64,000 nt of DNA from an uncultured Bacilli bacterium. Lineage in GTDB: Bacteria; Bacillota_I; Bacilli_A; RFN20; CAG-826. Both the position numbers and the translations under genes were made by a program. Below are positions 43,451-53,590 of this stretch, piece by piece. The number at the start of each line of letters is the position of its first letter. Within the stretch, counting starts at the first letter, position 1. The notes beneath the pieces are model-generated. The model was not told the origin of the DNA. It ran no database searches and was given only the letters and a program-made list of their open reading frames with translations. Location of the stretch: positions 2,969 through 66,968 of the forward strand of contig CALVSB010000002.1 in NCBI GenBank assembly GCA_944358895.1, in the 5' to 3' direction.

Positions 43451-44809
43451 CTATTTCCGGTTCAGCACAACTAGCGTCTCGACATGCGGAGTGTACGGGA
43501 ACATGTCGAACGGCTGAACGAGCCGGATGAAATAGTGGTCCTTGATGACGGCCAAATCCTTGGCTAAAGACATCGGCGAGCAAGAAACATAGACAATCTG
43601 ACTCGGGGCCAAGGAAAGTATCTGATCCATCGTCCGTTGGCCGCAGCCTCTCCGAGCCGGATCAAGCACGGCTACATCGATATGGCCGCCGTTTTTGGCC
43701 AAGACTTCGAGATAATCGCCGACATCAGAACAGACAGCTTCGAAATTGGTTACGTGGTTGAGCTCCGCGTTCTTCTTCGCGTCTTCGGTCGCCTCGGGCA
43801 CATTCTCGACCGAGATGACTTTCTTCGCCTTATCGGCCACGATGAGGCCAATCGTCCCAATGCCGCCATAAGCATCGAGGACCGTTTCTTCGCCCGTCAG
43901 CTCAATATGGTCGAGGATACTTTGATAGAGCTTCTCGGTGACATAGGGATTGGTCTGGTAGAAAGAACGGGACGAAACGAGGAATTCGCGGTTGAGAATC
44001 CGGTCGCGAAGATAAGGGCTTCCTTTGATCGTTTCTTCTACCGCGCCGAGGATTACGTTCGTCTTATCACCGTTGACGTTATGAATCAGATGATCGTCGG
44101 GTCCTAAACTCGCAGCCAGGGCTTTGAAGAACTCATCCTTGCCTTCGAAGTCCTTGTCTTTGGTAACGATGGTAACCATCGCTTCCTCATAAGCGCGGCT
44201 CGCCCTCACGACCGCATGTCGAAGTTCGCCGCGGCCGCTCTTTTCGTCATAAGACGAAATCTTAGCCATGACCGCCGCGTCTTTGACCTTATGAAGAATC
44301 TCATTGGCTCGGGGATCGGCATTCACGCAATCAGGATAAGGAACGATGTCGTGGGAAAGCTCTTTGTAGAAGCCATAGATAAGTTCGCCCCATCGGCCGC
44401 GGCCAAAAGGAACTTGAACCTTGTTGCGCACGCCGAGGCAAGGCTCGCTTGCCACTGGGTCGCTCACTTCGAAGGAAAGCCCTTCGACTCTTCCAAGCTG
44501 AGAAGCCACGAGGTCCTTCTTGAAAGCTAACTGCCGCTCATAGGAAACGTTTTGGAAGAGGCATCCTCCGCAAGAAGTGTGGACCGGGCAAAGAGGAGTG
44601 ACACGGTCTTTGGAAAGAACGCTCAGCTTTTTGATTTTTCCAAAGCAATTCCCGGCTCTTTTATAGGAAATTTCAACTTCGCCTTCGTCGCCGGGGACCA
44701 TTCCCGAGACGAGGATCCGCTCCGGAAATTGATCCGTGACGAAAACGCCCATCCCCAAATGGGTATAGGAAACGCACTTCCCGCAATAGAGAGAAGAGGT
44801 CTTTTCCAT
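43451..44809 (-). CDS. 23S rRNA (uracil-5-)-methyltransferase, RumA/RlmD family (TRAM plus SAM methyltransferase)
   Basis: Fe-S Cys cluster CPVHTSCGGCLFQNVSY, FYQTNP, SAM motif LDAYGGIGTIG, DPARRGC, YVSCSP and DMFPYTPHVE. Confidence 0.85.
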   Translation of the reverse strand: MEKTSSLYCGKCVSYTHLGMGVFVTDQFPERILVSGMVPGDEGEVEISYKRAGNCFGKIKKLSVLSKDRVTPLCPVHTSCGGCLFQNVSYERQLAFKKDLVASQLGRVEGLSFEVSDPVASEPCLGVRNKVQVPFGRGRWGELIYGFYKELSHDIVPYPDCVNADPRANEILHKVKDAAVMAKISSYDEKSGRGELRHAVVRASRAYEEAMVTIVTKDKDFEGKDEFFKALAASLGPDDHLIHNVNGDKTNVILGAVEETIKGSPYLRDRILNREFLVSSRSFYQTNPYVTEKLYQSILDHIELTGEETVLDAYGGIGTIGLIVADKAKKVISVENVPEATEDAKKNAELNHVTNFEAVCSDVGDYLEVLAKNGGHIDVAVLDPARRGCGQRTMDQILSLAPSQIVYVSCSPMSLAKDLAVIKDHYFIRLVQPFDMFPYTPHVETLVVLNRK

Positions 44810-46422
44810 CAGGCTGCCGCCTTCTCTTTCGGGGCAGCCATGAGGGCCTTGATGAATTCAATTTCCTTGGCCGCGTCGAGCCGCGGGAAGAGAGGCGAGC
44901 CTTTGACTACATGGTGGCCGCCGAGGCTGCAAAGCGATACGGCCTTCTCGTAGGTCCGCTCATCTTCGTCAAGACCGAGTTGGTCAAAGAGTTCCTTGCT
45001 CTTCGTGATGAGAATCGGGCTGAGGAGTTCCCCGGCAAGGAACAAGACGCTAGCCAGATGGGCCATGCAAGAAGCCAGGAGCGGCTTCTTATCCGGATCC
45101 TTGGCCAAAGCCCAAGGAGCGGATTCCTCGATGTACTTGTTGGCTTTCGAAACAAGGTCCATGACCGCGGCATAGGCTTCGGTCACCTTGAGGGAATCCG
45201 AAAGCGTTTCGTAGTTCTTAACCGTCTCCCGAGCCGCCTCATAGAGGTTCTTGTCGAGATCGTTGAGATCGCCTTCGTAGGCCGGGATCTCGCCTCCGAA
45301 ATACTTCTCGATCATCGAGACCGTCCGGTTGAGGAGGTTCCCGAGGTTATTGGCAAGGTCGACATTGAGCCGTTCGACGAACTGCTCCGGGGTGAATTCG
45401 CCATCCTGCCCGAAGATGATTTCGCGGGTGAGGTAATAACGGATGGCATCGACGCCGAAATGATCGACGAGCGGAGGAACCGGGATGACGTTGCCTTTGG
45501 ACTTCGACATCTTGCCGTCCTTCATCATCATGAGGCCGTGGACGAAGACGTGACTCGGTTCCCGAAGGCTCAAAGCCATGAGGAACATCGGCCAATAAAT
45601 CGTGTGGAAACGGTTGATGTCGGCGCCGATGACATGGACGATTTCCGTATCGGGATCTTCCCAGAAATTCTTAAATAGAGCGTCGTTTTGCTGGAGATAT
45701 CCAAGAGCCGAGATGTAATTGGTCAGGGCATCGAGCCAGACATAAATGACATGGCCGGGCGCTTCTTCCACCGGGATGCCCCAGTCGAAAGTCGTCCGGG
45801 TGACGCAGAGGTCGGTGAGCCCCGGCTTAATGAAGTTATTGATCATCTCGGTCTTGCGGCCTTCGGGGATGACGAAATCCGGATGCTCGTCGTAGAACTT
45901 GAGGAGGCGATCGACGAACTTGCCGCAGCGGAAGAAGTAAGCCGGTTCTTCTTTCTTTTCGACCGGCCGTCCGCACTCGGGGCAGAGGTGCTCGGGGCCA
46001 ACCTGGGTCTCAGTCCAATAGCTTTCCTCGTGGACACAGTACCAGCCGGTATAGCTCGAGAGGTAAACGTCGTCCTGCTTCAGGAAGCGGGAGAAAATCT
46101 TCTTGACCGTCTCGACGTGGTAATCGTCGGTCGTCCTAATGAAGTGGTCGTAAGAGATGCCCATGATCTTCCAAAGATCAGTGAATTTGACCGCCACTTC
46201 ATCGACAAATTCCTTAGGCGTTACACCCTTGGCTTTGGCATTGTCCTGGATCTTCTCGCCGTGCTCGTCGAGGCCCGTCAGGAAATACGTATCGAATCCC
46301 CGCATCCGCTTGCCGCGGGCCAAGACATCGGCCAACGTCGTGCAATAAGCGTGCCCAAGATGAGGGGAAGCGCTCGGATAATATATCGGGGTCGTCACGT
46401 AAAATTTCTTGCTCATGGTCAA
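44809..46422 (-). CDS. metG: methionine--tRNA ligase
   Basis: Class I signatures PHLGHAY (HIGH) and KMSKSKGNV (KMSKS), plus a Zn knuckle CPECG. Its stop overlaps the methyltransferase start. Confidence 0.9.
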   Translation of the reverse strand: MTMSKKFYVTTPIYYPSASPHLGHAYCTTLADVLARGKRMRGFDTYFLTGLDEHGEKIQDNAKAKGVTPKEFVDEVAVKFTDLWKIMGISYDHFIRTTDDYHVETVKKIFSRFLKQDDVYLSSYTGWYCVHEESYWTETQVGPEHLCPECGRPVEKKEEPAYFFRCGKFVDRLLKFYDEHPDFVIPEGRKTEMINNFIKPGLTDLCVTRTTFDWGIPVEEAPGHVIYVWLDALTNYISALGYLQQNDALFKNFWEDPDTEIVHVIGADINRFHTIYWPMFLMALSLREPSHVFVHGLMMMKDGKMSKSKGNVIPVPPLVDHFGVDAIRYYLTREIIFGQDGEFTPEQFVERLNVDLANNLGNLLNRTVSMIEKYFGGEIPAYEGDLNDLDKNLYEAARETVKNYETLSDSLKVTEAYAAVMDLVSKANKYIEESAPWALAKDPDKKPLLASCMAHLASVLFLAGELLSPILITKSKELFDQLGLDEDERTYEKAVSLCSLGGHHVVKGSPLFPRLDAAKEIEFIKALMAAPKEKAAA

Positions 46423-46450
46423 TCCTCGCCTTAATCGTAATTGTCTTTCC

Positions 46451-46482
46451 TTATAAAGGAAAGGCCGCGGATAACCGCGGCC
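46451..46482 (-). terminator. rho-independent terminator after rpmE
   Basis: Minus strand reads GGCCGCGG-ttat-CCGCGGCC followed by TTTCCTTTAT. Confidence 0.7.
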
Positions 46483-46500
46483 CTAACTTTCAATAGTCCC

Positions 46501-46725
46501 CTACTTCTTTTCGGAAGCGGCCTGGGCCTTGGCAAGTTTCTTGTTGAACTTGTCAATCCGACCATCGGTCTGAACGTTGCGCTGCTTGCCGGTGTAGAAC
46601 GGGTGGCAGTTGCTGCACGTTTCAACCTTGATGTCCTTGAGAACCGAGCCGGTCTTGAAGGTCGAGCCGCAGCTGACGCAGGTGACCGTGCACTCGTGGT
46701 ACTCAGGATGGATGCCTTTCTTCAT
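46501..46725 (-). CDS. rpmE: 50S ribosomal protein L31 (Zn-binding type A)
   Basis: ORF trimmed to ATG 46725. [23 protein letters not shown]...[19 protein letters not shown] lies upstream. Confidence 0.9.
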   Translation of the reverse strand: MKKGIHPEYHECTVTCVSCGSTFKTGSVLKDIKVETCSNCHPFYTGKQRNVQTDGRIDKFNKKLAKAQAASEKK

Positions 46726-46859
46726 GTCTTTCACTCCTTTCAGCCTTGTGGACCGTGCCACAAAGAGAGTCGCGGTCAAGATAATACAGGCTTGAAAGAC
46801 GTTTTGCAACGAACCATTTGAAAAGGCCCCCATAAAGGGGGCCGTCGGGAACAAGTTCC

Positions 46860-47726
46860 TTAGCGGGCAATCGACTCGCGGATACCCTTGCGAACCGAGC
46901 GGAGGAGGCAAGCGGACACGATCGCGAAGATCAGTTGGAGAACGGTGAGGCCGATGGCGACGTAGGTCATCAGCATGTTGTCCCATTTGAAGTCGACGAT
47001 CCGGAAGGTGCCTTCGCTATAGATGAGCGCCGTCATGAAGGCGAGCCAGTTGTAGAGGAGAGCGCCGACGAAGATGAAGGTCCAAGCCGGGAAGACATGG
47101 GCATTCACGCCGTGGCCGCGGCGGCCAGCAAGGGCCTCCGGGGTGGCAAGGCGTCCAACCGTCTCGTAACTGCGCGCGGCGTAAACGATGAGGATAATGA
47201 GGTCGACGATGCCGAAGATCACGCCGATGGCAGCGATGAGGAGCGGCACGCCTTGGACGAAGAGGCTGATTATGTCGGCGCCGCTTCCAGTAAAGCCGTT
47301 GATCGTGGCAAGGAGATGATTGAGGACGGTTGTCGGGTCGTTGACCCCGACGGACCAAATGCCGCCTTGATTGCGAATCGGGAGAATGGTGACGAGCAGG
47401 ACGGCGACGACGGCGCAGGCAATGCCAAGCAGGTTGGCGATGATGCCCCAGACCGCCGAAGCAATGTATTTCTTCCGGAGGTCGTTACTGGCCGTGACCT
47501 TGACTTCCTCGGCCGGGGCAGCGGCTTCTTCTTCGACCGGGGCCTCGACGTACGGCTCTTCCTTTGCTTTTGCCGGCTCTGGCTTCTTCTCGTCATAGGC
47601 ATGGTGGACGACAACGTGAATCGTCTTAGTCTCTTCTTGGTCGGGGTAGACGAAAGGCTGTCCGCAGTTGGGGCAGAAGCGAGCCTTTCCTTGGAACACT
47701 TGTCCGCATTTTGGGCACTTGTACAT
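46860..47726 (-). CDS. zinc-ribbon membrane protein, unknown function
   Basis: [25 protein letters not shown] zinc ribbon, an acidic linker, then four to five TM segments. Confidence 0.65.
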   Translation of the reverse strand: MYKCPKCGQVFQGKARFCPNCGQPFVYPDQEETKTIHVVVHHAYDEKKPEPAKAKEEPYVEAPVEEEAAAPAEEVKVTASNDLRKKYIASAVWGIIANLLGIACAVVAVLLVTILPIRNQGGIWSVGVNDPTTVLNHLLATINGFTGSGADIISLFVQGVPLLIAAIGVIFGIVDLIILIVYAARSYETVGRLATPEALAGRRGHGVNAHVFPAWTFIFVGALLYNWLAFMTALIYSEGTFRIVDFKWDNMLMTYVAIGLTVLQLIFAIVSACLLRSVRKGIRESIAR

Positions 47727-47785
47727 GCTTGTCTCCTCCTATCAATCAAGGACAATTAGAAATGACAGTGCATTCCTTGTTTCTG

Positions 47786-48307
47786 TCACTCATTGTAATC
47801 ATGAGTGGAAGCGATTTCATTGTTTTCGTGCGCGGAAATTGAATCTTTTTTTATTTTTTCTTCCTTTCGAATCCCGAAAAGAACTATTCCAGCATAGAAA
47901 AGTTCGCCAAGAGCAAGGACCAAAAGAGGCAGAGACGGGACGATCAGAAGGGCGATTGATGGCATGCCTTCCTTGATGGAAACCCCGCCTACAATCAGCA
48001 TAATCGCCGTTATTGCCAGATGGAAAAGAAACACCACAACTAGCGCCCAGGCATAGACCTTCCGTTCAAAGAGAGGACCCGGTTTCTTGATGAAGGTGAA
48101 TTGGATGAGGAGAGCTACCCCCAAAGACAGGAAAGCGTAAAGATAAGGGAGCAATACATTGTTAAGAACCCTTTCTTCAGTAAGAGGCCATGCCCCCTCG
48201 TGGAAAAAGGAGAGGGCAGCGTCGCTAACGAAATAGAAGAATGTAACGACGAGAACGAAGTAGAGAAGGTAGTAAACGAGTCTCCTTACCAACTTGAGGG
48301 CTTCCAT
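47786..48307 (-). CDS. integral membrane protein, unknown function
   Basis: 173 aa with four to five hydrophobic segments. Its start lies 2 nt after the stop of the preceding MBL gene. Confidence 0.6.
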   Translation of the reverse strand: MEALKLVRRLVYYLLYFVLVVTFFYFVSDAALSFFHEGAWPLTEERVLNNVLLPYLYAFLSLGVALLIQFTFIKKPGPLFERKVYAWALVVVFLFHLAITAIMLIVGGVSIKEGMPSIALLIVPSLPLLVLALGELFYAGIVLFGIRKEEKIKKDSISAHENNEIASTHDYNE

Positions 48308-48309
48308 CG

Positions 48310-48906
48310 TTATTTCTCCAGGACGATTTCGTTTCCAGGCCGCATGAGCATCGCGTAGGGCGAACGGACTTTCATGGCTTGTGACATCACAAAGTCCATC
48401 CCCGGCTTCATATGCATCGGGATAAAATGCTTGGGTTTGATAAGATCGGCCGCCTTATCGGCGTCTTCCGGCGCCATGGTATAGAAGCCGTCGATCGGAA
48501 GAAGGGCGTAGTCGATTTTCTCGCCTTCGAGGCCCTTCATTTCTGGAATGAAATCAGTATCGCCCGAGTGGTAGATCTTGATGCCATCAACCTCAATGAC
48601 ATAACCGACGCCAAAGCCTTTTGGATGGTGAGAGTTATAGGCGGGAACAGCCTTTATTTTGAAGCCTTTCTCCGCAAAAGTCCTGTATATTCCTTGATTT
48701 AGAGCATCCTTGCTTCGGATGGCGACGCAGTTGTCCTTCATCTTCACTTTGTCGATCGCATTGTGGTCGTAATGCTCGTGAGTGATGAGAACGAGGTCAG
48801 CTTCCTTATCGTATCCTTCGCCGGCAAAAGGGTCGATATAGCAAACTTTCCCTTCATTCGAAGTAAGGCGGAAGCTCGCGTGTCCTTGATAGAGAAGTTT
48901 GGTCAT
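48310..48906 (-). CDS. MBL-fold metallo-hydrolase
   Basis: LITHEHYDHN (HxHxDH) and SGDTDF. 198 aa. Confidence 0.8.
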   Translation of the reverse strand: MTKLLYQGHASFRLTSNEGKVCYIDPFAGEGYDKEADLVLITHEHYDHNAIDKVKMKDNCVAIRSKDALNQGIYRTFAEKGFKIKAVPAYNSHHPKGFGVGYVIEVDGIKIYHSGDTDFIPEMKGLEGEKIDYALLPIDGFYTMAPEDADKAADLIKPKHFIPMHMKPGMDFVMSQAMKVRSPYAMLMRPGNEIVLEK

Positions 48907-49535
48907 TTGTTGTCTCCTTTCACAAACGGATTTTTCCCTTCGGAGAAAGCCTTTCGCTCTTCCTCAGGCCAAAACGGGGACGGCAGGAGGACGATTTCCT
49001 TGCTGACCGAAGGGTTCATGAGAAAAGGATAGACCCCCAGACGGAAACCGTCATTGATGTCATAGGGCCTTTCGACGACGGAGAGGTAGATAAGTTTGCC
49101 GTCGGTCTTTTCCGAAGGGACCTGAAGATAGGCAGCATCGGCCAGCGGTTTGAAGAGGGCGTCGTGAAAACGACGGAGGACCTTGTCTTTGGGCCGTTCG
49201 CTTTCGCCTTTCAAAAGGGTATCGGCCACTTTCAAAAGGATTTGCGGGTTCTCACTTATCTCCGCCGACGGCGAAAAGAGAATCCAGTCGCGGAAGTAGT
49301 TTCCGGTCTCGGCCGGGCTGCCGTGCCATTCTTTGAAGACAAGCCCGAGAACGACATCGGAGCTTCTTATCAATTTCTCGCGTTTCCAATAAGCTGCCGT
49401 GAGAAAGCCCTTCAGCCGCTTGGCAAAAGTGTCTTTCCGGGCCAGAACGGATACATCGGCTTTGGTCAGAAGCCCGCGGCGATGCAGCCACTCGTTCTTG
49501 AGTCTTTCGTAGGCCGTTTCGGTCATCCCCGACAT
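48903..49535 (-). CDS. hypothetical protein
   Basis: 210-aa ORF whose stop overlaps the MBL gene start. No motif recognised. Confidence 0.5.
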   Translation of the reverse strand: MSGMTETAYERLKNEWLHRRGLLTKADVSVLARKDTFAKRLKGFLTAAYWKREKLIRSSDVVLGLVFKEWHGSPAETGNYFRDWILFSPSAEISENPQILLKVADTLLKGESERPKDKVLRRFHDALFKPLADAAYLQVPSEKTDGKLIYLSVVERPYDINDGFRLGVYPFLMNPSVSKEIVLLPSPFWPEEERKAFSEGKNPFVKGDNK

Positions 49536-49615
49536 TTTAGACGATAAAGGGCAAAGAAGAGTCTTTCCTTTGAAGGAATTCTTGCTAGCATTGCTTCCGG
49601 AGGTTCAGCAATAGA

Positions 49616-51022
49616 ATGATTAGTAAATCTCTTATTTTCGCGATACTGAACGCCGCTTTGGCAACCGGCGCTGACTACGCGGAAATCTTTTATGAAGATA
49701 CCGACTCCGAGGCGCTTAAACTTGACAACGGCATCGAAGAACCAGCCGCGATCAACAAATCGAACGGCCTCGGCCTTTACCTCGTCAAAGGGGTTGAGAC
49801 CGCCTATGGCTACACGGCTGATCTAAGCAAAAAATCGCTTCTCTCCCTGGCTGAAAACCTGGCTGGGCGTTTCAGCGGAGAAAGGCTCTTCACTGTCACT
49901 TCTATCGAAAAGAAGAGCCACCGGACCGTTACGAAGACGACGGATCCGGTCATCGAAGTTCCGCTCGAGGAAAAACTAGCCTTCCTCAAGCGGATGAACG
50001 ACGGGGCCAAGGATTACGATCCGCGTCTCATCCGCATCGTCGTGCGAATCGCCTCGTCGACATCCACTCGTTACGTCGTTGGCGCTTCATCCGAAACAGC
50101 CTTCCTCAGCAAGGACGTCGTTTCCCGGGCGAGGTTCTCAGCCATGGCGATAGCCAAAGACGGGGAAGATGTCGAAACCGGCTACGCCGCGCCTGGCATC
50201 ACCGGAGGCTGGGGTTATTTAACTGAGCACTTCGATCCGTATGAAGTCGGCAAAAAGGCTGCCAAGAAAGCCGTGGTCATGCTCGGAGCAAAGGAATGCC
50301 CCTCAGGCCGCTATCCGGTTGTCATCGGAAACGGATTCGGAGGCGTCCTTTTCCACGAGTCCTGCGGTCACCCGCTCGAAGCCAGTGCCACAGCCAAAGG
50401 TCTTTCGGTCTTCTCCGATAGCATCGGAAAGCAGATTGCCTCGCCTCTCGTTTCCGCTTTTGACGACGGAACGATTCCTGGCGCTTACGGAACCAACAAC
50501 ATTGATGACGAAGGCCATGAAACCCAGCGAAATCAGTTAATTAAAGACGGGATTTGCGTGGGATTCTTGGTCGACCCGGTAAACGGCAGACGGATCAATA
50601 CCGAGTCCAACGGCGCTTCGCGGCGCGAGAGTTATCAATATCAGCCGACGAGCCGGATGTCCAATACGTTCATCGATAATGGCAAGGACAATCCGGAAGA
50701 CATCATCAAGGATACGAAGCTCGGCCTCTACATCCCGGATTTCGGCGGCGGATCGGTTTCGCCGGCCACCGGCGAGTTCAATTTTTCGGCGACTGAAGCT
50801 TATATCATCCGCGACGGCGTCATCTCCGAACCCGTGAAGGGCTGCACCCTCATCGGACGGGGAGCCGAGGTTCTCCTCAATATCGACCGGGTAGGAAACG
50901 ACCTAGAAATCGCCCCGGGAACCTGCGGGGCCTCGTCGGGCATGATCCCAGTGTGCGTCGGGCAGCCGACGATTCGAATCAAGGAAATCACCGTCGGAGG
51001 ACGGGGAGGCAAACTCGAATGA
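49616..51022 (+). CDS. tldD: TldD-type metalloprotease
   Basis: HESCGHPLE metal motif and a TldD/PmbA-family C-terminus. 468 aa. Confidence 0.85.
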   Translation: MISKSLIFAILNAALATGADYAEIFYEDTDSEALKLDNGIEEPAAINKSNGLGLYLVKGVETAYGYTADLSKKSLLSLAENLAGRFSGERLFTVTSIEKKSHRTVTKTTDPVIEVPLEEKLAFLKRMNDGAKDYDPRLIRIVVRIASSTSTRYVVGASSETAFLSKDVVSRARFSAMAIAKDGEDVETGYAAPGITGGWGYLTEHFDPYEVGKKAAKKAVVMLGAKECPSGRYPVVIGNGFGGVLFHESCGHPLEASATAKGLSVFSDSIGKQIASPLVSAFDDGTIPGAYGTNNIDDEGHETQRNQLIKDGICVGFLVDPVNGRRINTESNGASRRESYQYQPTSRMSNTFIDNGKDNPEDIIKDTKLGLYIPDFGGGSVSPATGEFNFSATEAYIIRDGVISEPVKGCTLIGRGAEVLLNIDRVGNDLEIAPGTCGASSGMIPVCVGQPTIRIKEITVGGRGGKLE

Positions 51023-52338
51023 AATACCAGGAATTCTTTGAAATAGCGAAAGAAAAGGGTTTAACCAGCGCCCAGATCATCCTGAGCAGGAGCAAGGCTA
51101 CGACCATCGTCTCTTTCAACAAGAGCATCGACAAGTACAAAATTGCCGATGATCAAACCGTCATCGCCAGCGGCATTTACGAAGGCCGCTACGGGAGCTG
51201 CACCACCGACCATTTGGAAAAGAGCACTTTCCCGTGGCTCGTCGATCAGATCATCAAGGCAGCCAAAACCAACGGTCAGGAATCGAAAATCGACTTCTTC
51301 GAAGGCTCGCCCAAATACGCTAAGAAGAATGTCTTCAAAAAGGAATTGGCTCTGAAGACGCCAGCCGAAGCCATCGCCGACCTTGCCTCCCTCGAGGAAA
51401 TGGCCCGAGCCAAAGATGACCGGATAACCGATTTCATGGCCGAATACATGTACGCGGAAGATTATCGAGAGCTCTACAACTCAAAAGGCCTCAATTTGAG
51501 GAACAAGTCCAACTACTACCTGTATGCAGCCTCGGCTTTTGCCAACGACGGTGAAAACAAGAAGTCGTGGGATAGTCTCATTTGGGGCAATGATTTGGCG
51601 ACATTCTCAAAGGAGAAAATGGTCAATGAAGTAATCGACGGACTCTTCAAGCAGTTTGGCGCGGCGCCATGCAAGAGCGGCCAATACCCTACAGTCTTGA
51701 GCCACGACGTGTTCTCGAACTTCGTCGAAGTAATGGTTGGCTCCGCCGATGCCGAGAGCATTCAAAAGGAGAGTTCGTTCCTCGTCGGAAAGCTTCGCGA
51801 AAAGGTTGCGTCCAGCAAAATAACGATTTCTGAACGGCCTCTCGATAAAAATCAGCTCTTCACCTCTTTCGATGCAGAAGGAGTAGCCAGGCAAAATAGG
51901 GACATAATCAAGAAAGGCATCCTTCAAACCTATCTATACAATCGCGAAACAGCTTTAAAAGAGGGGGTCGAAACGACCGGAAACGCTGCTTACCGCGGGG
52001 GTAAAATCGCCACTGCCTACACGAACTTGGTTGTAAAGCCCTCTAAAAAGAGCTTCGAGGAGATGATCGCCCCTATTAAGGAGGGGGTTTACATCACCAC
52101 CATCCAAGGTCTCGGAACCGGCATGAATGAGACCAACGGCGACTTTTCGTGCCAAGCGACCGGTTACATGATCAGGGACGGAAAATTAGCCGAGCCATTA
52201 ACCCTGATCACGCTGGGCGGAAACGTCCTTAAGATGTTCGAAACGATCAAGGATATCGATTCGAAACGTGAGTTCCTCCCGCAAGGAATCGTTTGCCCGG
52301 ACGTCTATATCAAGTCGATGTCCATCGGCGGCAAATAA
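51019..52338 (+). CDS. pmbA: PmbA/TldE-type protease partner
   Basis: ORF 50953..52338 trimmed to ATG 51019, which overlaps the tldD TGA (ATGA). Paired TldD/PmbA family member. Confidence 0.8.
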   Translation: MKYQEFFEIAKEKGLTSAQIILSRSKATTIVSFNKSIDKYKIADDQTVIASGIYEGRYGSCTTDHLEKSTFPWLVDQIIKAAKTNGQESKIDFFEGSPKYAKKNVFKKELALKTPAEAIADLASLEEMARAKDDRITDFMAEYMYAEDYRELYNSKGLNLRNKSNYYLYAASAFANDGENKKSWDSLIWGNDLATFSKEKMVNEVIDGLFKQFGAAPCKSGQYPTVLSHDVFSNFVEVMVGSADAESIQKESSFLVGKLREKVASSKITISERPLDKNQLFTSFDAEGVARQNRDIIKKGILQTYLYNRETALKEGVETTGNAAYRGGKIATAYTNLVVKPSKKSFEEMIAPIKEGVYITTIQGLGTGMNETNGDFSCQATGYMIRDGKLAEPLTLITLGGNVLKMFETIKDIDSKREFLPQGIVCPDVYIKSMSIGGK

Positions 52339-52353
52339 CCATTGCTGATCTCA

Positions 52354-52385
52354 AGAGCCTCAGCTTAGTTGGGGCTCTTTTTGTT
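52354..52385 (+). terminator. rho-independent terminator after pmbA
   Basis: AGAGCC-tcagcttagttgg-GGCTCT followed by TTTTTG. Confidence 0.65.
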
Positions 52386-52781
52386 TTCCCCAAAAATAGT
52401 GTCAGTCAAAAGATCCTATCTAAGCCAAAGAAAGCACCTCAGATAGCAAAGCAGCCAGGTTCCATGGCCCTGACCCAATTGAGATAATCAGCAAGACCAT
52501 CAACCAAATTCAGCAATTCGTTGGCCCGCTTCAACAACCTTCTGAAGATATTTACCAAGCCATCATTGCTTGAGACGGTTATAAAACCCGTCGCTTCAGC
52601 AATAGCAATTCATCCTCCAAAAGGGTTTAACAAAGTCGGCAGAAGACCAGATGCGAGACCTCAAATTCCAGAGAAGATGAGCACCGAAAAGCAAGGAACA
52701 TATGCTCTATAATTAATGAATTCGAATATTGTTTCACATGAAAACAACAATGGAAAGTCCAGTAATACTCGATATATTTTA

Positions 52782-52800
52782 ATACCTATTTTTTAGGTAT
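52782..52800. promoter_or_regulatory. inverted repeat ATACCTA-ttttt-TAGGTAT overlapping a TATAAT box (52800-52805)
   Basis: Seen directly in the sequence. The TATAAT box lies 6 nt upstream of ATG 52812, which has no Shine-Dalgarno sequence. Confidence 0.5.
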
Positions 52801-52811
52801 ATAATATCAAC

Positions 52812-53429
52812 ATGAGCAAACTAGATGACGCCTTAAAACGCCGAGTCAAACCGGGTCAGCTTTTTGAACCAGAGACGTTGGAAACCAAAGGCTACAGCCT
52901 CTCCGAGATCAAGTTGGATATTAAGGCAGCCTTAGGCGAAAGGCGCCTCGTCTCTTTTGCATATGGCATTTATTACCAGCCTTCCAAAAGCGGGCTTAAG
53001 CCAAGTCCTTTGGACGCGATAAAACTTCGCTATATCGGAAACGGCGACATCACCTATGGCTTCTTTTATGGCCAATTCTTTATCAAGGATTATCTCGGGC
53101 AACCATTCGATGACCGTCAATTGATTGAGGTCGTCACCAACAAAGCGACCTCGGTTAAGAAGGCCGTCTATATGTTTTCGAGACGCTTCGTCATCCGTCG
53201 CTCATATGCTCCGATCAATGCCGATAATGCTGGTTCGTTAGCCTTCCTTACCTATCTTTCTTCGGCCAGCGATTCCGAAGTCGAAGCCAATATGTCTGTT
53301 CTCTCGACCTATATCCGCGACAAACACTTATCAAGCGATCTCTTGATGAAATTCTCGGACAAAGTCCCGAGCAAAGCCTACCGCCGGCTCTATTCGACCG
53401 GTCTCTATCGCTCCCTCTGGAAGCGTTGA
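52812..53429 (+). CDS. AbiEi-like (type IV toxin-antitoxin antitoxin family) protein, with no toxin partner
   Basis: 205 aa. The segments LGERRLVSFAYGIYYQPS and RYIGNGDITYGFFYG...IEVVTNKATSVKK follow the AbiEi antitoxin pattern recalled from family descriptions. Sits in a low-GC patch. Confidence 0.45.
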   Translation: MSKLDDALKRRVKPGQLFEPETLETKGYSLSEIKLDIKAALGERRLVSFAYGIYYQPSKSGLKPSPLDAIKLRYIGNGDITYGFFYGQFFIKDYLGQPFDDRQLIEVVTNKATSVKKAVYMFSRRFVIRRSYAPINADNAGSLAFLTYLSSASDSEVEANMSVLSTYIRDKHLSSDLLMKFSDKVPSKAYRRLYSTGLYRSLWKR

Positions 53430-53590
53430 GTTCTCCAGCCCGTTAGAACGGTAAATGCAACTCTAAAGGCCTTTCTCCCCTTTCTATGGGGCTTCGGCCA
53501 TTCAGTCCAGCACGCAAAAAAACCTTTAGGGAATAACGCCGCCAAAAAAGCCGCCGCGACGAGCGCGACGGCCCTTCAAGTGCCTAGAGT

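Noticed and set aside
46423-46500. T-box leader upstream of metG, and likewise upstream of serS at 63843.
   Set aside because: Only about 75 nt separate metG from rpmE and most of that is the rpmE terminator. serS overlaps the upstream gene stop. There is no room for a T-box of about 200 nt.
52293-52712. Short ORFs 52293-52487 and 52521-52712 after pmbA.
   Set aside because: The first overlaps the pmbA 3-prime end and its terminator. The second has no RBS and an implausible sequence. The region looks like decayed low-GC DNA rather than intact genes.
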